From positions 1-18,216 of the forward strand of contig JAYZFK010000056.1 of NCBI GenBank assembly GCA_036336835.1: DNA of 18,216 nt. The letters are read 5' to 3'. Position 1 is the first letter of the stretch; the number at the start of each line of letters is the position of its first letter. Positions 17,049-18,216 of this stretch are shown here, piece after piece. The position numbers were made by a program, and so were the translations under genes. This stretch comes from Myxococcota bacterium (GTDB lineage Bacteria; Myxococcota_A; UBA9160; UBA4427). A model generated the notes under the pieces. It was not told the origin of the DNA, made no database searches, and saw only the letters and a list, made by a program, of their open reading frames with translations.

Positions 17049-17087
17049 GCTCCCTCTCCAGCATCCGGGGCTTCGCCGGATGCAAGT

Positions 17088-18216
17088 CTATCGAAGGGCG
17101 ACGGCGTCCGACGCCCGAGCGTCCTCGATCTGGAGCGCGAGCCAGGCCTCACGGTCGGGTCCCGCGTACAACGTCTGTCTGGCGGAAACTGCGTCCGTCT
17201 GCAGCGACCACACGCCGGCTCGATTGGGGTGCGCGTGATAGGCCGGAAAGTTCGACGACGAGACGTCGAGCCGCAGCCGCGAGCCCGGCTGCACGACCCA
17301 CTCGATCGGCCACAGCTCGAGCTGGATCCGGACGACCGAGCCGGGCTCGTACGTCTGCGCCTCCCGGTCGCTGTCGCGGTAGGCGAGCGAAGTGATGCCA
17401 TCGCGAATGTTGAAGGCGCGGCCGTCGCCTCGCACTTCGACCAGCTTCGCCGTGAAGGCTGTATCCGACGCGTCGCTGCTGACCGACAGCACGACCCGGA
17501 TCGCGCCGGCGATCCGCAGCGGCTCCTCGAACACCGAGGTCGAGAAGCTCATCACGTCGGCGCGCTCGCACAGGCCGCTCTGCAGCACGCTGTGCACGGG
17601 TCCGCCGTCGGCCACGAAGAAGGCGAGCGAGCCCGCGCCCCCGCGCATCGGCACCGGATCGTCGGGGTCGTAGGTATACGAGATGCGCTGCGCGCGCTCG
17701 GGCGGATCGACCCCCAGCCGGCCGCCGGTGCAGCCGTGCGCATTGCCGAGTGCGGACAGATGGAGACGCAGCTCGTGACCCTCCGGGGGCCAGTTCGGAC
17801 GCACGTGCCAGCGACCCTCGCCGATCGCATAGCTCTCCACCACACCCACGCTCTGCTCGAGCGGCTCACCGCGCAGGTGGTGCCCCATCCAGTCCAGGAC
17901 GAGCTTCCACTGCCAGGCCGCGCCGCGCGCATCGACCAGCTCGAGATCGCCCGCGGGCTCCTGGAGGTGGGTCCAGGCGCCGATCACGAACCTGCTTCGC
18001 TGGCGCGAGAGCAGCGACTCCCAGTCGGCGAGCTGCGCGCGAAGGAAGATGTCGTACCAGCCGCCCACCAGCAGAACGGGAATCTGCGTCCTGGCCGGCG
18101 CCGCGATCACTTCCGCGAGCTCGCGGCGCTGCCACAGTGGATCGCCGCGCCCGGGATTGGTCACGTAGTCGCGGTACCAGTCGATCCGGGTCCCGAGGTA
18201 GTGGTCGTCGATCTCG
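17088..18216 (-). CDS. CocE/NonD family hydrolase, C-terminal part; start lies beyond the window's right edge
   Basis: PVLLVGGWYD.F, IGAWTH (catalytic Asp/His regions), YTYDPDDPVP..GG, R.DV..F, SSDA.DT.FTAKLVEV and G.RLRLDVSSSNFP. The frame stays open from 18164 to the window end (EIDDHYLGTRIDWYRDY). Confidence 0.9.
   Translation of the reverse strand, partial: EIDDHYLGTRIDWYRDYVTNPGRGDPLWQRRELAEVIAAPARTQIPVLLVGGWYDIFLRAQLADWESLLSRQRSRFVIGAWTHLQEPAGDLELVDARGAAWQWKLVLDWMGHHLRGEPLEQSVGVVESYAIGEGRWHVRPNWPPEGHELRLHLSALGNAHGCTGGRLGVDPPERAQRISYTYDPDDPVPMRGGAGSLAFFVADGGPVHSVLQSGLCERADVMSFSTSVFEEPLRIAGAIRVVLSVSSDASDTAFTAKLVEVRGDGRAFNIRDGITSLAYRDSDREAQTYEPGSVVRIQLELWPIEWVVQPGSRLRLDVSSSNFPAYHAHPNRAGVWSLQTDAVSARQTLYAGPDREAWLALQIEDARASDAVALR

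Noticed and set aside
15073..17085. Apparent 670-aa SDR with a long N-terminal extension
   Set aside because: The extension overlaps mscS in another frame and is Arg/Pro-rich noise. The SDR fold starts at the ATG at 15819, coupled to the mscS stop by ATGA.
1..18216. CRISPR arrays, tRNA/rRNA genes, transposases, defence systems
   Set aside because: I saw no regularly spaced direct repeats, cloverleaf motifs, or recombinase/nuclease signatures, and the intergenic gaps are short.

Overview
High-GC (roughly 70% by eye), densely packed chromosomal region of a probably diderm bacterium; Myxococcota/Deltaproteobacteria-like is my inference, not a search result. Gene order: partial membrane-protein gene (-), msrP-msrQ, TraB/PrgY-family protein, cation:proton antiporter fused to a PTS EIIA domain, thyA-folA, hslO (Hsp33), a tail-anchored hypothetical protein, ahcY, a membrane metallophosphoesterase, gluQ (-), a Nudix hydrolase, an amidohydrolase (-), a 62-aa bacterial histone, a membrane-anchored PP2C Ser/Thr phosphatase, then on the - strand an SDR, a YbdG-like MscS channel and a partial CocE/NonD hydrolase. 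I saw no mobile elements, CRISPR arrays, tRNA or rRNA genes. Highlights: (1) a Bd0055-like histone followed by three strong hairpins and a co-oriented PP2C phosphatase; (2) an antiporter-EIIA fusion whose ion-binding DD/ND motif reads NN; (3) six genes with a TANNNT -10 box 6-7 nt before the start codon, suggesting leaderless mRNAs; (4) a candidate bidirectional promoter between gluQ and the Nudix gene; (5) a palindromic, SahR-like operator at the ahcY promoter. All calls come from motif recognition; no searches were run.
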